A stretch of DNA of 64,000 nucleotides from an uncultured Desulfobacteraceae bacterium (GTDB lineage: Bacteria; Desulfobacterota; DSM-4660; Desulfatiglandales; B25-G16), in NCBI GenBank assembly GCA_964655655.1, contig CAZZPR010000002.1, positions 3,927 through 67,926 on the forward strand, given 5' to 3'. The number at the start of each line of letters is the position of its first letter. Positions within the stretch are counted from its first letter, which is position 1. Of the stretch, positions 29,707-39,971 are shown piece after piece. Below the pieces are notes generated by a model that was not told the DNA's origin, ran no database searches, and was given only the letters and a program-made list of their open reading frames with translations. Position numbers and translations under genes: made by a program.

Positions 29707-31629
29707 TCAGTAACCCACCGAGGGAAAAAGTTTTTTGTCAGTGTGCGGCAGAAACATGGCAGCCACGTATTCATCCATAAAGGGTTGATAGACAGAAAGC
29801 TCAATATTGGTCATATTCTTTGCGATCTGCATAGCACGTTCTAAACCATGGGTGGATAAAAGGCACATTCGGGCCCCCATAAGGGAACTGTTTCCGATGA
29901 AGCAAACCTTCTCGGGGTCAATATCCGGAAGAAGCCCGATCCCGATTGCCTTAGGGATATCCAAATAACTGCCAAAACCCCCTGCTACATAAAGGGTATC
30001 TATATTCTCAAAACCCAAACCCACATAGTCTATAAGTGATTTGAATGCTGCGAACACCGCCCCCTTGGAGCGAATAAGGTTGTTGATGTCTGATTGGGTA
30101 ATGGTAATATCTCGACCTGTCTCGGTCTTTTCAGCAGGAACAAGTATAAACTGAAGCTCATCGTTCCTTTCTACCACTCGTCCTTTGTCAGCAGAGGCAA
30201 GCAAATTCCCCTGTGCGTCAATAATATGGTTTCTTGCAAGCTCATAGATACAGTCAATGAGCCCGGAGCCGCAAATACCTCTGGGTTTTCCATGACCGAT
30301 GGTTTTATAGTCGAGTCTGCCATCATCACTTATAATAATCTTTTCGATTGCACCACTGGTAGCCCGCATCCCATCCCTCATACCTCCTCCCTCAAAGGCC
30401 GGTCCGGCGGAGGCCGAACAGCAAACAAGCCATTCATTGTTGCCGATTGCAATCTCTCCATTAGTACCTACATCTATAAGCGCAGAAGTCTCAGGCTTGT
30501 CAGCAATACCACAGGCTAGAACCCCTGAGACGATATCCCCGCCCACATAACTCGCTACCCCGGGCACCACCTCGAGAATTGCCTCCTTATTTACTTCTAT
30601 ACCAAGTTGTCTAGCGGGTACCTGTGGATAAGTGCTCACTGTGGGCACATAAGGATCAAGCCGAATGGAGCAGGGAATTAGCGACAAAAGCAGATGGCTC
30701 ATAGTAGTGTTGCCAGCAGCAACCAGGGCAGTAATATCCTGGTTATCAATTCCCGCATCCTTTGTAAGACTGCTTATCAGGCGGTTGATGTTTTTTACTA
30801 CTGCTTCGTGAAGTGGATTAAGCCCCTTTTGCCGGCCGCATGCAAAGACCATCCGCGAAATGACATCTTCACCGTATCTGGATTGCAGATTGTTGCTGCC
30901 TGTAACTCCCATGACCCTGGCGGATTTTAAGTGCACCAACTGTGCTACAACTGTAGTAGTCCCTATATCAATGGCTAAGCCATGATTTCGATCCGTGGTA
31001 TTCCCGGGTTCAATTTGGAGAATCCGCTGAATATCGCCGTGTTTGGCGATGGCCACCGTAACTTCCCAATTATTTTCTCTAAGCTTTAAGGCCAATCCCT
31101 GGAGACAATTGAGGGCAGTCTCGAAACTTCGGTAATCAGTTTTCTTTTGAAGTTCTCTGATGACCCTGTCCATATCGCTTATATTGTCATCAGGGGAAGG
31201 CTCCTTTAATTTCAAAAAGACCTTTTGAACAAGCGGTTCAAATAAACTTAAGGGATCGGTAGAAACTTTGTGAAGACGTATCCTCTCGGGTTCACTGTAG
31301 TCAACCGGGGCCCCTTCGAGCAGGACCTGAGCTTCTTCCACCCGGGATTCGGGCGGAATAAAAACGTCCATGTCGTTGTCCACCTTTGTCTGGCAGGCCA
31401 GTACATAGCCCTCTGTAATTTCTTCTTTGGATAAAAGGCTAATGGAGTGTTTGTCTGCCCTTATCCTTCCATTGGAAACCTTTACCTTGCATCTCCCGCA
31501 GACTCCTTCTCCTCCGCAGAGGCTGTTAATGTGAATGCCGGCCTTCTCCGCTGCCTCCATAATAGTGGAACCGGCCTTTACTTCGACCGATTTCTCTTCA
31601 GGCCCGAATGTAACTTTACAGGATTCCAT
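29707..31629 (-). CDS. Corrinoid reductive activator (RACo/AcsV-type, 2Fe-2S + ASKHA ATPase)
   Basis: CGGEGVCGRC...LACQ, DIGTTT, GEDVISR, DVGTNGE, AGPAFEG, GICGSG, AGGFG. Confidence 0.92.
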   Translation of the reverse strand: MESCKVTFGPEEKSVEVKAGSTIMEAAEKAGIHINSLCGGEGVCGRCKVKVSNGRIRADKHSISLLSKEEITEGYVLACQTKVDNDMDVFIPPESRVEEAQVLLEGAPVDYSEPERIRLHKVSTDPLSLFEPLVQKVFLKLKEPSPDDNISDMDRVIRELQKKTDYRSFETALNCLQGLALKLRENNWEVTVAIAKHGDIQRILQIEPGNTTDRNHGLAIDIGTTTVVAQLVHLKSARVMGVTGSNNLQSRYGEDVISRMVFACGRQKGLNPLHEAVVKNINRLISSLTKDAGIDNQDITALVAAGNTTMSHLLLSLIPCSIRLDPYVPTVSTYPQVPARQLGIEVNKEAILEVVPGVASYVGGDIVSGVLACGIADKPETSALIDVGTNGEIAIGNNEWLVCCSASAGPAFEGGGMRDGMRATSGAIEKIIISDDGRLDYKTIGHGKPRGICGSGLIDCIYELARNHIIDAQGNLLASADKGRVVERNDELQFILVPAEKTETGRDITITQSDINNLIRSKGAVFAAFKSLIDYVGLGFENIDTLYVAGGFGSYLDIPKAIGIGLLPDIDPEKVCFIGNSSLMGARMCLLSTHGLERAMQIAKNMTNIELSVYQPFMDEYVAAMFLPHTDKKLFPSVGY

Positions 31630-31684
31630 AATAAAAATTACCTCCCGCTTGAAATATTGTAAATTCCCTGCATCATAACACCAT

Positions 31685-32254
31685 TTATCTTGTCATCATT
31701 GCCCCGCAGTTTGGACATCGGATCTGGGAGCAGGGAGTACCTCTCTGGTGGGTAATCCTGTGACCGCAATTTGGGCATACACATTCTCCTCCCAAACCGG
31801 CACTTCTGCCACCCATCCTTCCACGACCAGCGCCTTGTCCAAGACCTCTACCGGTTCCCGGGCCCCTGCCGGCCGGTCCTGTGCCGTCTCCTCTTGGCAT
31901 TATAATCGCCTCCTTTCTCTCAATTCTATTAATTCGCTCGAGTATACCCTCGATTCCTTTCGATAAGGCATCCACTTCCGCGCGCAACCCCCCTAATGAG
32001 GCGGGCACTGCCTGGCTAGAACCGGCCAAACCCTGATTGGATTTTGGGATTGATCCCAAACCTGCCTCTCCCGAGCCAATTATTTGGTTAATCCTGTACC
32101 CTGCCCAAGGGTCTTGTCTGCAGCCGAAAGGTGATGCTTTTCCTTCAACCACTCCCCTGGCAAATTTTCCACAGCTTTCAAACCCACATAAACCACAATT
32201 CAGCTGCGGCAATGCCTCGTAGATACGCCTTATCTTTTCCTTGTTATCCGGCAT
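31685..32254 (-). CDS. RnfB-type FeS domain fused to a DUF5320-like Gly/Arg-rich zinc-ribbon protein
   Basis: LPQLNCGLCGFESC...C; MPRGDGTGPAG...CVCPNCG...CPNCG; internal RBS and ATG at 31900. Confidence 0.75.
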   Translation of the reverse strand: MPDNKEKIRRIYEALPQLNCGLCGFESCGKFARGVVEGKASPFGCRQDPWAGYRINQIIGSGEAGLGSIPKSNQGLAGSSQAVPASLGGLRAEVDALSKGIEGILERINRIERKEAIIMPRGDGTGPAGRGPGTGRGLGQGAGRGRMGGRSAGLGGECVCPNCGHRITHQRGTPCSQIRCPNCGAMMTR

Positions 32255-32296
32255 TATTTATACCATTAAAAATTATCCGGAAGCCAAGTCCGGCTT

Positions 32297-32833
32297 TTAT
32301 TTATTACCTAATTTCGGAAGGATTTTTAAAAACTTCCTGTTTACCTCTTCCATCTGCTCCATTGCATCGAATACCGGGCTATACAATCCGGCTTCATCTA
32401 ATTCGTTGTTATTTTTTCTCCATTTTTCTAATTTTTCCCTGTGAGTTGTGTTTTGCTTTATCCAAGAGCCTAAAATCTCTTTCAGCTTCCTTAAATCGTC
32501 GGTGGAAAATTTCTCAATAACCTCCTCGACCTTTGATCGAATTATGTGTTCGGGAACTGCGCCCAGTATCTCATCCACCTTCTCCCCGTCACTAAAAAAC
32601 ATCTGCATGGGGATGCTGACAATATGGTACTTCATAGCTGTTTGGGGATTTTGGTCCACATCGATTTTGCAAAACTTAAAATCCCTGTATTCCTCTGAGA
32701 GTTTATCGTATATAGGTGAAACCAAACGGCAAGGGCCACACCAGGGCGCCCAAAAATCCACCTCAACCGGAGCATCCGACTTTAAAACCTCTTCCTCGAA
32801 ATTACTATCTGTAAGCTCTATCACCTTGGCCAT
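32297..32833 (-). CDS. trxA: Thioredoxin with C-terminal helical extension
   Basis: DFWAPWCGPC, SIP cis-Pro; about 70 extra residues. Confidence 0.88.
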   Translation of the reverse strand: MAKVIELTDSNFEEEVLKSDAPVEVDFWAPWCGPCRLVSPIYDKLSEEYRDFKFCKIDVDQNPQTAMKYHIVSIPMQMFFSDGEKVDEILGAVPEHIIRSKVEEVIEKFSTDDLRKLKEILGSWIKQNTTHREKLEKWRKNNNELDEAGLYSPVFDAMEQMEEVNRKFLKILPKLGNK

Positions 32834-32933
32834 TTCTACTCCTTAATTAAATAAAGATTGATTTGTTAAAAAATATACAAAAGCCTGTTTTTTATATTGA
32901 CTTGTCCCATGGGAGATATCCGGTATTGCCTTG

Positions 32934-33111
32934 AACCCGGATTGTGCAGCAGCCAACTGCTGCGGCCTGAAAAACCTTGCTGCCACGATCTTTTCGCAAT
33001 CTTGATCCTCAATATATTTATGGATATTCCTGGGGTTTAAAATTGCTCCAGATTCGCGTTTCGCTGGGGTTTTTCAGCCCTCGCTACGATGTCTACTACA
33101 CAATCCGGGTT
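32934..33111. mobile_element. MITE family A, full-length copy (178 bp)
   Basis: Terminal inverted repeats AACCCGGATTGTGCAGCAG / CTACTACACAATCCGGGTT (17/19 match); no ORF. Confidence 0.8.
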
Positions 33112-33201
33112 GAAGTGTAAACCTCCAAAAAATTCAATATATTCCTACCCATGCCCTGTCTGGTTATAGTGGTAAAGGTAACAGGGCTTATTTCAATTTT
33201 T

Positions 33202-33224
33202 TTGAGAATGTTTCTCATTCTCAA
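33202..33224. promoter_or_regulatory. Fur-family operator
   Basis: Perfect palindrome TTGAGAATG-N5-CATTCTCAA; 14/19 match to GATAATGATAATCATTATC; minus-strand TTGACA at 33252-33257. Confidence 0.75.
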
Positions 33225-33480
33225 CCATAAATTAATTATTCGATCCCCCAATGTCAATTATTTTCTATTAATTTCTTTTTGGACAAAATATGTTTAGTAA
33301 AAGTCCGGAGCCATGGAAAAGGCTTTTAGGTTTTGGTTTTTTAATATAATGATTTAAAATAAGTATTAAGATGAGACAAGATTTTCGGTCGGTTATGTTT
33401 ACTATATATCTTGGGAAAAACCTTATTCAGGAAAAACAAGCGTAAAAGGACATAAAATATAAGGATTAAGGAGCACTGCC

Positions 33481-35185
<1,705 letters not shown>

Positions 35186-35217
35186 CTACCTTGCAATGTT
35201 TTAAAACTATGCTTTAA

Positions 35218-36069
35218 TCAAAATTCCCTGTGTCTCATGAAATCTGAGATGTCAATAATTTTCTCCTTATTCCTTTTCTTTATTCCCTTTTTTCTTGCCC
35301 GTTTTATGCTGTCTATATGTTCCTGCAAATCCTTGTTTTTTTCCAGGATGCCTTCTATCTGTTGCTCGAATTCCTTTAAGGCGTTTTCCAGTTCAAGTGT
35401 ATCCAGGGATACTTCGAATAAATCAGAGACCAGTTTTATTATCCTTATGGTCACGCTGAAATTAGTGCCTCTTAGATACAGCGGAGAATGGCCCCAAAGG
35501 CCTAAAAAAGGAAGGCCTTCCTTTTCCGCCCTGCCCATAATAAGGGAATGAATACCGGAAGGACCTTCATAATCAATCATCTGAATATTGTTCTTATCAA
35601 GTAAATCTTTCCACTCTTCGGAGGAATAAATTCCCGAAACAACGGATTCTGTATGAAGGACTTCATCATTCATACCCCCGATACTGAGTATAAGTGATAT
35701 CCCAAATTTTTTGCATATGTTAAAAAGGAGCTGGACAAAAGTAAACCACCTGCAATCCGGCTCTTGTGCCTTCAGGACAATAAAATCATTCCTGCCTTTC
35801 CTGTTAGACAAAAAATAAAAGGAGGCCTTTTTTGTATTTACCCCCTGGTAACGCCCCTCCTTGATCTCAACTATAGGCCTATTCCGGGTGAACTGATAGA
35901 AAGGATCAGGGTCGATCTCCGCCATTAATGTGGCCCCCTTGCCCTGAATTATGTGTTCAACTGTTTTAACGGCAATATTTCCGGCATTTGACCATCCCTC
36001 AAAACCGCAAATCAGTATTGGATTTTTTACCTTGGGCATTTGATAAAAGTTGACGTAATCATCCAACAT
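35218..36069 (-). CDS. PAC2 (proteasome assembly chaperone)-family protein
   Basis: GFEGWSNAG, DPFYQFTRNRP, EPD..W, YEGPSGI, GLWGHSPLY; start moved to ATG 36069. Confidence 0.85.
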   Translation of the reverse strand: MLDDYVNFYQMPKVKNPILICGFEGWSNAGNIAVKTVEHIIQGKGATLMAEIDPDPFYQFTRNRPIVEIKEGRYQGVNTKKASFYFLSNRKGRNDFIVLKAQEPDCRWFTFVQLLFNICKKFGISLILSIGGMNDEVLHTESVVSGIYSSEEWKDLLDKNNIQMIDYEGPSGIHSLIMGRAEKEGLPFLGLWGHSPLYLRGTNFSVTIRIIKLVSDLFEVSLDTLELENALKEFEQQIEGILEKNKDLQEHIDSIKRARKKGIKKRNKEKIIDISDFMRHREF

Positions 36070-36123
36070 AAGGCTTGCACCTTTCGCAGCATTTTTTTCA
36101 ACCGAGCTCTGCCGCCTTTTCCG

Positions 36124-36224
36124 TTCAATCCGCCAGAGGCGGACGAGTGTTTGATTCCCCGGCTCTTGGGGCAGTTGCGGATACTTCGGTTGATACCCCG
36201 CTGCCCTGCGGCAGGGGTAGTTCA
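36124..36224 (-). mobile_element. Non-autonomous IS200/IS605-like palindromic element (PATE-like)
   Basis: Minus strand begins TGAACTACCCC-hairpin-GGGGTATC, followed by CCCCAAGAGCCGGGG and TCCGCCTCTGGCGGA hairpins. Confidence 0.55.
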
Positions 36225-37382
36225 ACTTGAGGACTTACCCCGGTAAAAGGCCTCAATTGTTTCCACCACGTGCCCTATCTGTTTGTTGCTCAATTCCGGG
36301 TACACGGGCAGGGCAAGTGTTCTCCTGGAGGAATCTAAAGAAACAGGGAAATCTTCCGGTCGATAATTGAGGTATTTAAAGCACTCCTGACCATGAAGAG
36401 GAAGGGGATAATAGACCTCGCACCCTATTCCCTGGCTGTCCAAGCAGCTCTTTAGCTCATCCCTGCAATCCTTTACCTTTATGACAAACTGATTAAAAAC
36501 ATGTCTGCCATTGTTCTCGATTGGAAGCCCTACCTCCTCAGCACCCCTGCTCGTAAATAATTTCTTGTATAAATGGGCGTTACCCCTTCTTTTTTCAGTC
36601 CATTTTTCAAGATAACCCAATTTTACCAACAGTATAGCAGCCTGCAGGGCATCCAATCTAAAATTGCCCCCTATACTCTTATGATAATATTTGGGTTGCG
36701 CCCCGTGTACTCTTATTGCCTTCAGCTTATGAAAAGCATATTCGTTACCTGTAACTACCATACCCCCGTCTCCATAAGAACCGAGATTCTTGGAGGGGAA
36801 AAATGAAAAGCATCCATAATCACCCATCACACCAGCCTTTTTCAAAGATCCATCGGAAAATCTGTATTCCGCTCCAATAGCCTGTGCTGCGTCTTCAATG
36901 ACTACCACCCCGAATTCACTTGCTATCTTTAGTATGTCTTCCATTTCAGCACACTGACCGAAAAGGTGTACGGGAATTATCGCCTTTAATCTGGCCCGGT
37001 CTTGATCCCCCATTTCTGAAATTAGCCTTCTCAACTTTTCGGGGTCCATATTGTAGGTGTTGGGATCGATATCTACAAACACCGGTATGGCACCCAGCCT
37101 GGCCATGGAGCCAGCGGTTGAGAAAAATGTGTAGGGAGTCGTGATAGCCAGGTCACCCGGACCGACCTCTGCACACATAAGGGAAACAAGCAATGCATCG
37201 GTACCGGAGGAAACCCCAACAGCATACCTGCAATTTATATATTCCGCGATCCTTGCCTCCAGCTCCTCTACTTTGGGACCAAGAATAAACCTCTGCGATT
37301 GATAAACCTCCATGGTAGCAGCTATTATATCTTCCTTTATAGACTCATACTGGTCCTTCAGGTTTAAGAGGGGTATGTCCAA
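36222..37382 (-). CDS. DegT/DnrJ/EryC1/StrS aminotransferase
   Basis: SSGTDAL, PVHLFGQ, IEDAAQA, SFFPSKNLG, RLDALQA. Confidence 0.95.
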   Translation of the reverse strand: MDIPLLNLKDQYESIKEDIIAATMEVYQSQRFILGPKVEELEARIAEYINCRYAVGVSSGTDALLVSLMCAEVGPGDLAITTPYTFFSTAGSMARLGAIPVFVDIDPNTYNMDPEKLRRLISEMGDQDRARLKAIIPVHLFGQCAEMEDILKIASEFGVVVIEDAAQAIGAEYRFSDGSLKKAGVMGDYGCFSFFPSKNLGSYGDGGMVVTGNEYAFHKLKAIRVHGAQPKYYHKSIGGNFRLDALQAAILLVKLGYLEKWTEKRRGNAHLYKKLFTSRGAEEVGLPIENNGRHVFNQFVIKVKDCRDELKSCLDSQGIGCEVYYPLPLHGQECFKYLNYRPEDFPVSLDSSRRTLALPVYPELSNKQIGHVVETIEAFYRGKSSS

Positions 37383-37403
37383 TTTTTTCAGGCCTCCTTT
37401 CGG

Positions 37404-38567
37404 CTAATTCAATAGTTTGGAAACAGATACGATCCTTATATCATTTTGAAAATCCATCAGATGTCTTTTTAATAACTCCAGTGTTTCTTTGTGGGGGTGG
37501 GCAATCCCTATGGCCCTTCCATCATGTTTTGCCAGATTAATGAGCCTTTCCATCTGGGTCTCCAGCCCGTCCCTGGATAGTTCATTATCTAAAAATACAT
37601 CTCTGCGGCCAGCCCTGACAGACATCTCCAGGGCCAATTTATATGCTACTGTGTTTGCACTTGTCCTGCTGTCGATAAAATATAACCCCCGCCTTTTTAA
37701 CTCCCCGAGCACTATTCTCATTTTTTCCCTGTTTTCCGTAAACCTCGATCCCATATGATTGTTTACTCCTGAAACAGAAGGGACCCGATCCAGATCGTTT
37801 ACCAGGACCTCCATGATGGCCTTTCGGTCCATCGACAAAAGCAATACACCATCACCCGGATTGGTGGCGGGATAACTGATAGGTTCCATGGGTAAGTGAA
37901 GCATTGTTTCCCTTCCTTTGTTTCTGGCCCGGCCGGCAATTGATCTTGCCTGAGGCGCAAAAGGCAACAAAGAAAAGGTTAGGGGCAGATCCAAAGAAAT
38001 AAAGGCATTTGCGAGAGCGCTGTCATAGCCCAGGTCATCGATAATTATGGCAACCTCGGGCCTGGCTGCATCACGGACATACTCGGCTTCTTTTGAAACG
38101 AGCCTGATGGTGTATATATAAAAATCATTGTAATAAATATTATATATGACCTCTTCGGCCGATCTTTTTTCAGCTTCTATATCCAGGGCCTTGTTTACTG
38201 CGGATACGGCCTTTTCAAACTCCCGGGCTATACCAGAAATAGAAAAATCAGCGGGAATCTTTACCTTTATGTTGTTAAATTCCCAGATATATCCGCCTTT
38301 ATGCATAGGCACCACCGATACAAATATGATATTTTTTTGTGCAATTCCCAGGTTATAAAAGAATTTGGATATGCATCTGTCTATCAGGTTTACAACATTG
38401 CCCACTTCCCCTGAAGTTTGCAATCCCTCCTCAAAAGGAGGCAAGGAGCCATTGGTGCTTGACACAACCAAATAGTTTACAGAAAAAACAAGGGCACCGA
38501 TAAAGACTATGGCTACTGACAGTAAAAACAAATTTCTCTTTTTTTTCTTTTTTTTTGCACTTGCCAT
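37404..38567 (-). CDS. Divergent polysaccharide deacetylase (YibQ family)
   Basis: IIIDDLG, LHLPMEP, NNHMGS, FIDSRT, RDVFLD, IAHP. Confidence 0.92.
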   Translation of the reverse strand: MASAKKKKKKRNLFLLSVAIVFIGALVFSVNYLVVSSTNGSLPPFEEGLQTSGEVGNVVNLIDRCISKFFYNLGIAQKNIIFVSVVPMHKGGYIWEFNNIKVKIPADFSISGIAREFEKAVSAVNKALDIEAEKRSAEEVIYNIYYNDFYIYTIRLVSKEAEYVRDAARPEVAIIIDDLGYDSALANAFISLDLPLTFSLLPFAPQARSIAGRARNKGRETMLHLPMEPISYPATNPGDGVLLLSMDRKAIMEVLVNDLDRVPSVSGVNNHMGSRFTENREKMRIVLGELKRRGLYFIDSRTSANTVAYKLALEMSVRAGRRDVFLDNELSRDGLETQMERLINLAKHDGRAIGIAHPHKETLELLKRHLMDFQNDIRIVSVSKLLN

Positions 38568-38583
38568 TACAGGATAATCACCA

Positions 38584-39921
38584 TTACCGGACCTTACCGC
38601 CCCCTATTTTGGAGAATATTTGTCTGGATCGAAGTATTTGTACCGCCCTGTTTAACTGAGAATCATTCTTTATCATTTCCTTAATCCGGGAAATTTCGTC
38701 CGACGACTCCTTGCCCTGCTTTTTATCGCCCTCCTTGCCTTCCGTTTCTTCCAGATGTCCCTCCAGGTCCTTTTCCCTTATAATGGCATGAGTGCTTATT
38801 AAGGAGGTTTTTTTGTCAGGTTGAATAAAAGGCACCGCTATATCGGGCTCAATGCCGCTTGCCTGTATTGATCGTCCGCTGGGAGTATGATAAAGGGCGG
38901 TTGTAAGCTTCAGACCCGACCCGTCTGAAAGTGGGAAAAGTGTCTGTACCGAACCCTTGCCGAATGTAGGTGTTCCCAAAATCAGGGCCCTTTTGTTGTC
39001 CTGAAGCGCCCCTGCTACTATCTCGGAGGCACTTGCACTACCCTCATTAACCAGCACTATTATAGGACAATCCCGGGTATCCGAATTCTCATGAGCAAAG
39101 GATTTCTCTTCCTTATTATCTCGTCCCTTGATTGAAACGATAACCCCTGAATCAAGAAATTTATCAGCCACCTTAACAGCCTGGGACAGCAGCCCCCCCG
39201 GATTGTTTCTGATATCTATTATCAGTCCTTTTAGCTCCGCGTTTTCTTTTAAATTCTCCAAGCCATCTGAAAGTTCCTTACCAGTATTCCCCCGGAAATT
39301 GGATATCCTTATATAACCGATGTCAAAGGGCATAATATGGTATCGTACGCTTGTCAGGGGGATAATATCCCTGGTTATAACAAAAGCAATGGGCTCTTCC
39401 TCCCCGCTCCTTTTTATGGTAAGCTTTATATCTGTCCCTTTGGGGCCCCGAATAAGCTTTACTGCCTTATGGATTGTAAAGTCCTTGGTGGACTTTCCCT
39501 CTATTTTTATTATCTGATCGCCTGCCTTTATTCCTGCTTCAAAGGCAGGTGTGCCTTCAATAGGGGAGACCACGGTAAGGAGGTCATCTTTTATTGTTAT
39601 TTCGATTCCCACGCCTGAAAATTCTCCCTTGGTCTCTATCATTAATTCCTTGTATTCGTCCGGGGTCATAAAAAAAGAATGGGGATCCAGGGTTTTTACC
39701 ATTCCCTTTATAGCACCGTAAATAAGGTCCTTTGCCTGCGTTTCATCGACATAGTTCTCCTCTATCTTGCTTAAAACCTCAGTGAAGGACTCTATATTCT
39801 TGTAGTCCTCCTTGGTGCCGGCGGAAATATATTTATATCCACCGCAAATAAAAACCAAAAACACCAGAGAGAAAATCACCAGCAACTCACGAAAGAAATA
39901 CTTTTTTTTCAACCTAAACAT
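38584..39921 (-). CDS. ctpA: S41 carboxy-terminal processing protease
   Basis: LDPHS, PDZ domain, DIRNNPGG, SASASE, TFGKGSVQ; start moved to ATG 39921. Confidence 0.94.
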   Translation of the reverse strand: MFRLKKKYFFRELLVIFSLVFLVFICGGYKYISAGTKEDYKNIESFTEVLSKIEENYVDETQAKDLIYGAIKGMVKTLDPHSFFMTPDEYKELMIETKGEFSGVGIEITIKDDLLTVVSPIEGTPAFEAGIKAGDQIIKIEGKSTKDFTIHKAVKLIRGPKGTDIKLTIKRSGEEEPIAFVITRDIIPLTSVRYHIMPFDIGYIRISNFRGNTGKELSDGLENLKENAELKGLIIDIRNNPGGLLSQAVKVADKFLDSGVIVSIKGRDNKEEKSFAHENSDTRDCPIIVLVNEGSASASEIVAGALQDNKRALILGTPTFGKGSVQTLFPLSDGSGLKLTTALYHTPSGRSIQASGIEPDIAVPFIQPDKKTSLISTHAIIREKDLEGHLEETEGKEGDKKQGKESSDEISRIKEMIKNDSQLNRAVQILRSRQIFSKIGGGKVR

Positions 39922-39971
39922 ATTTTTATCTCCTTTTTTTGGGAAAAAAATTTGCCAAGAAATCAAAGATA

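Noticed and set aside
24810-33310. Accessory operon as a bounded genomic island or composite transposon
   Set aside because: No integrase, transposase, tRNA or flanking direct repeats; the repeat-like ends face outward and match weakly.
36070-36225. 52-aa N-terminal extension of the PAC2 ORF
   Set aside because: It is mostly the translation of the palindromic element; family similarity begins near ATG 36069.
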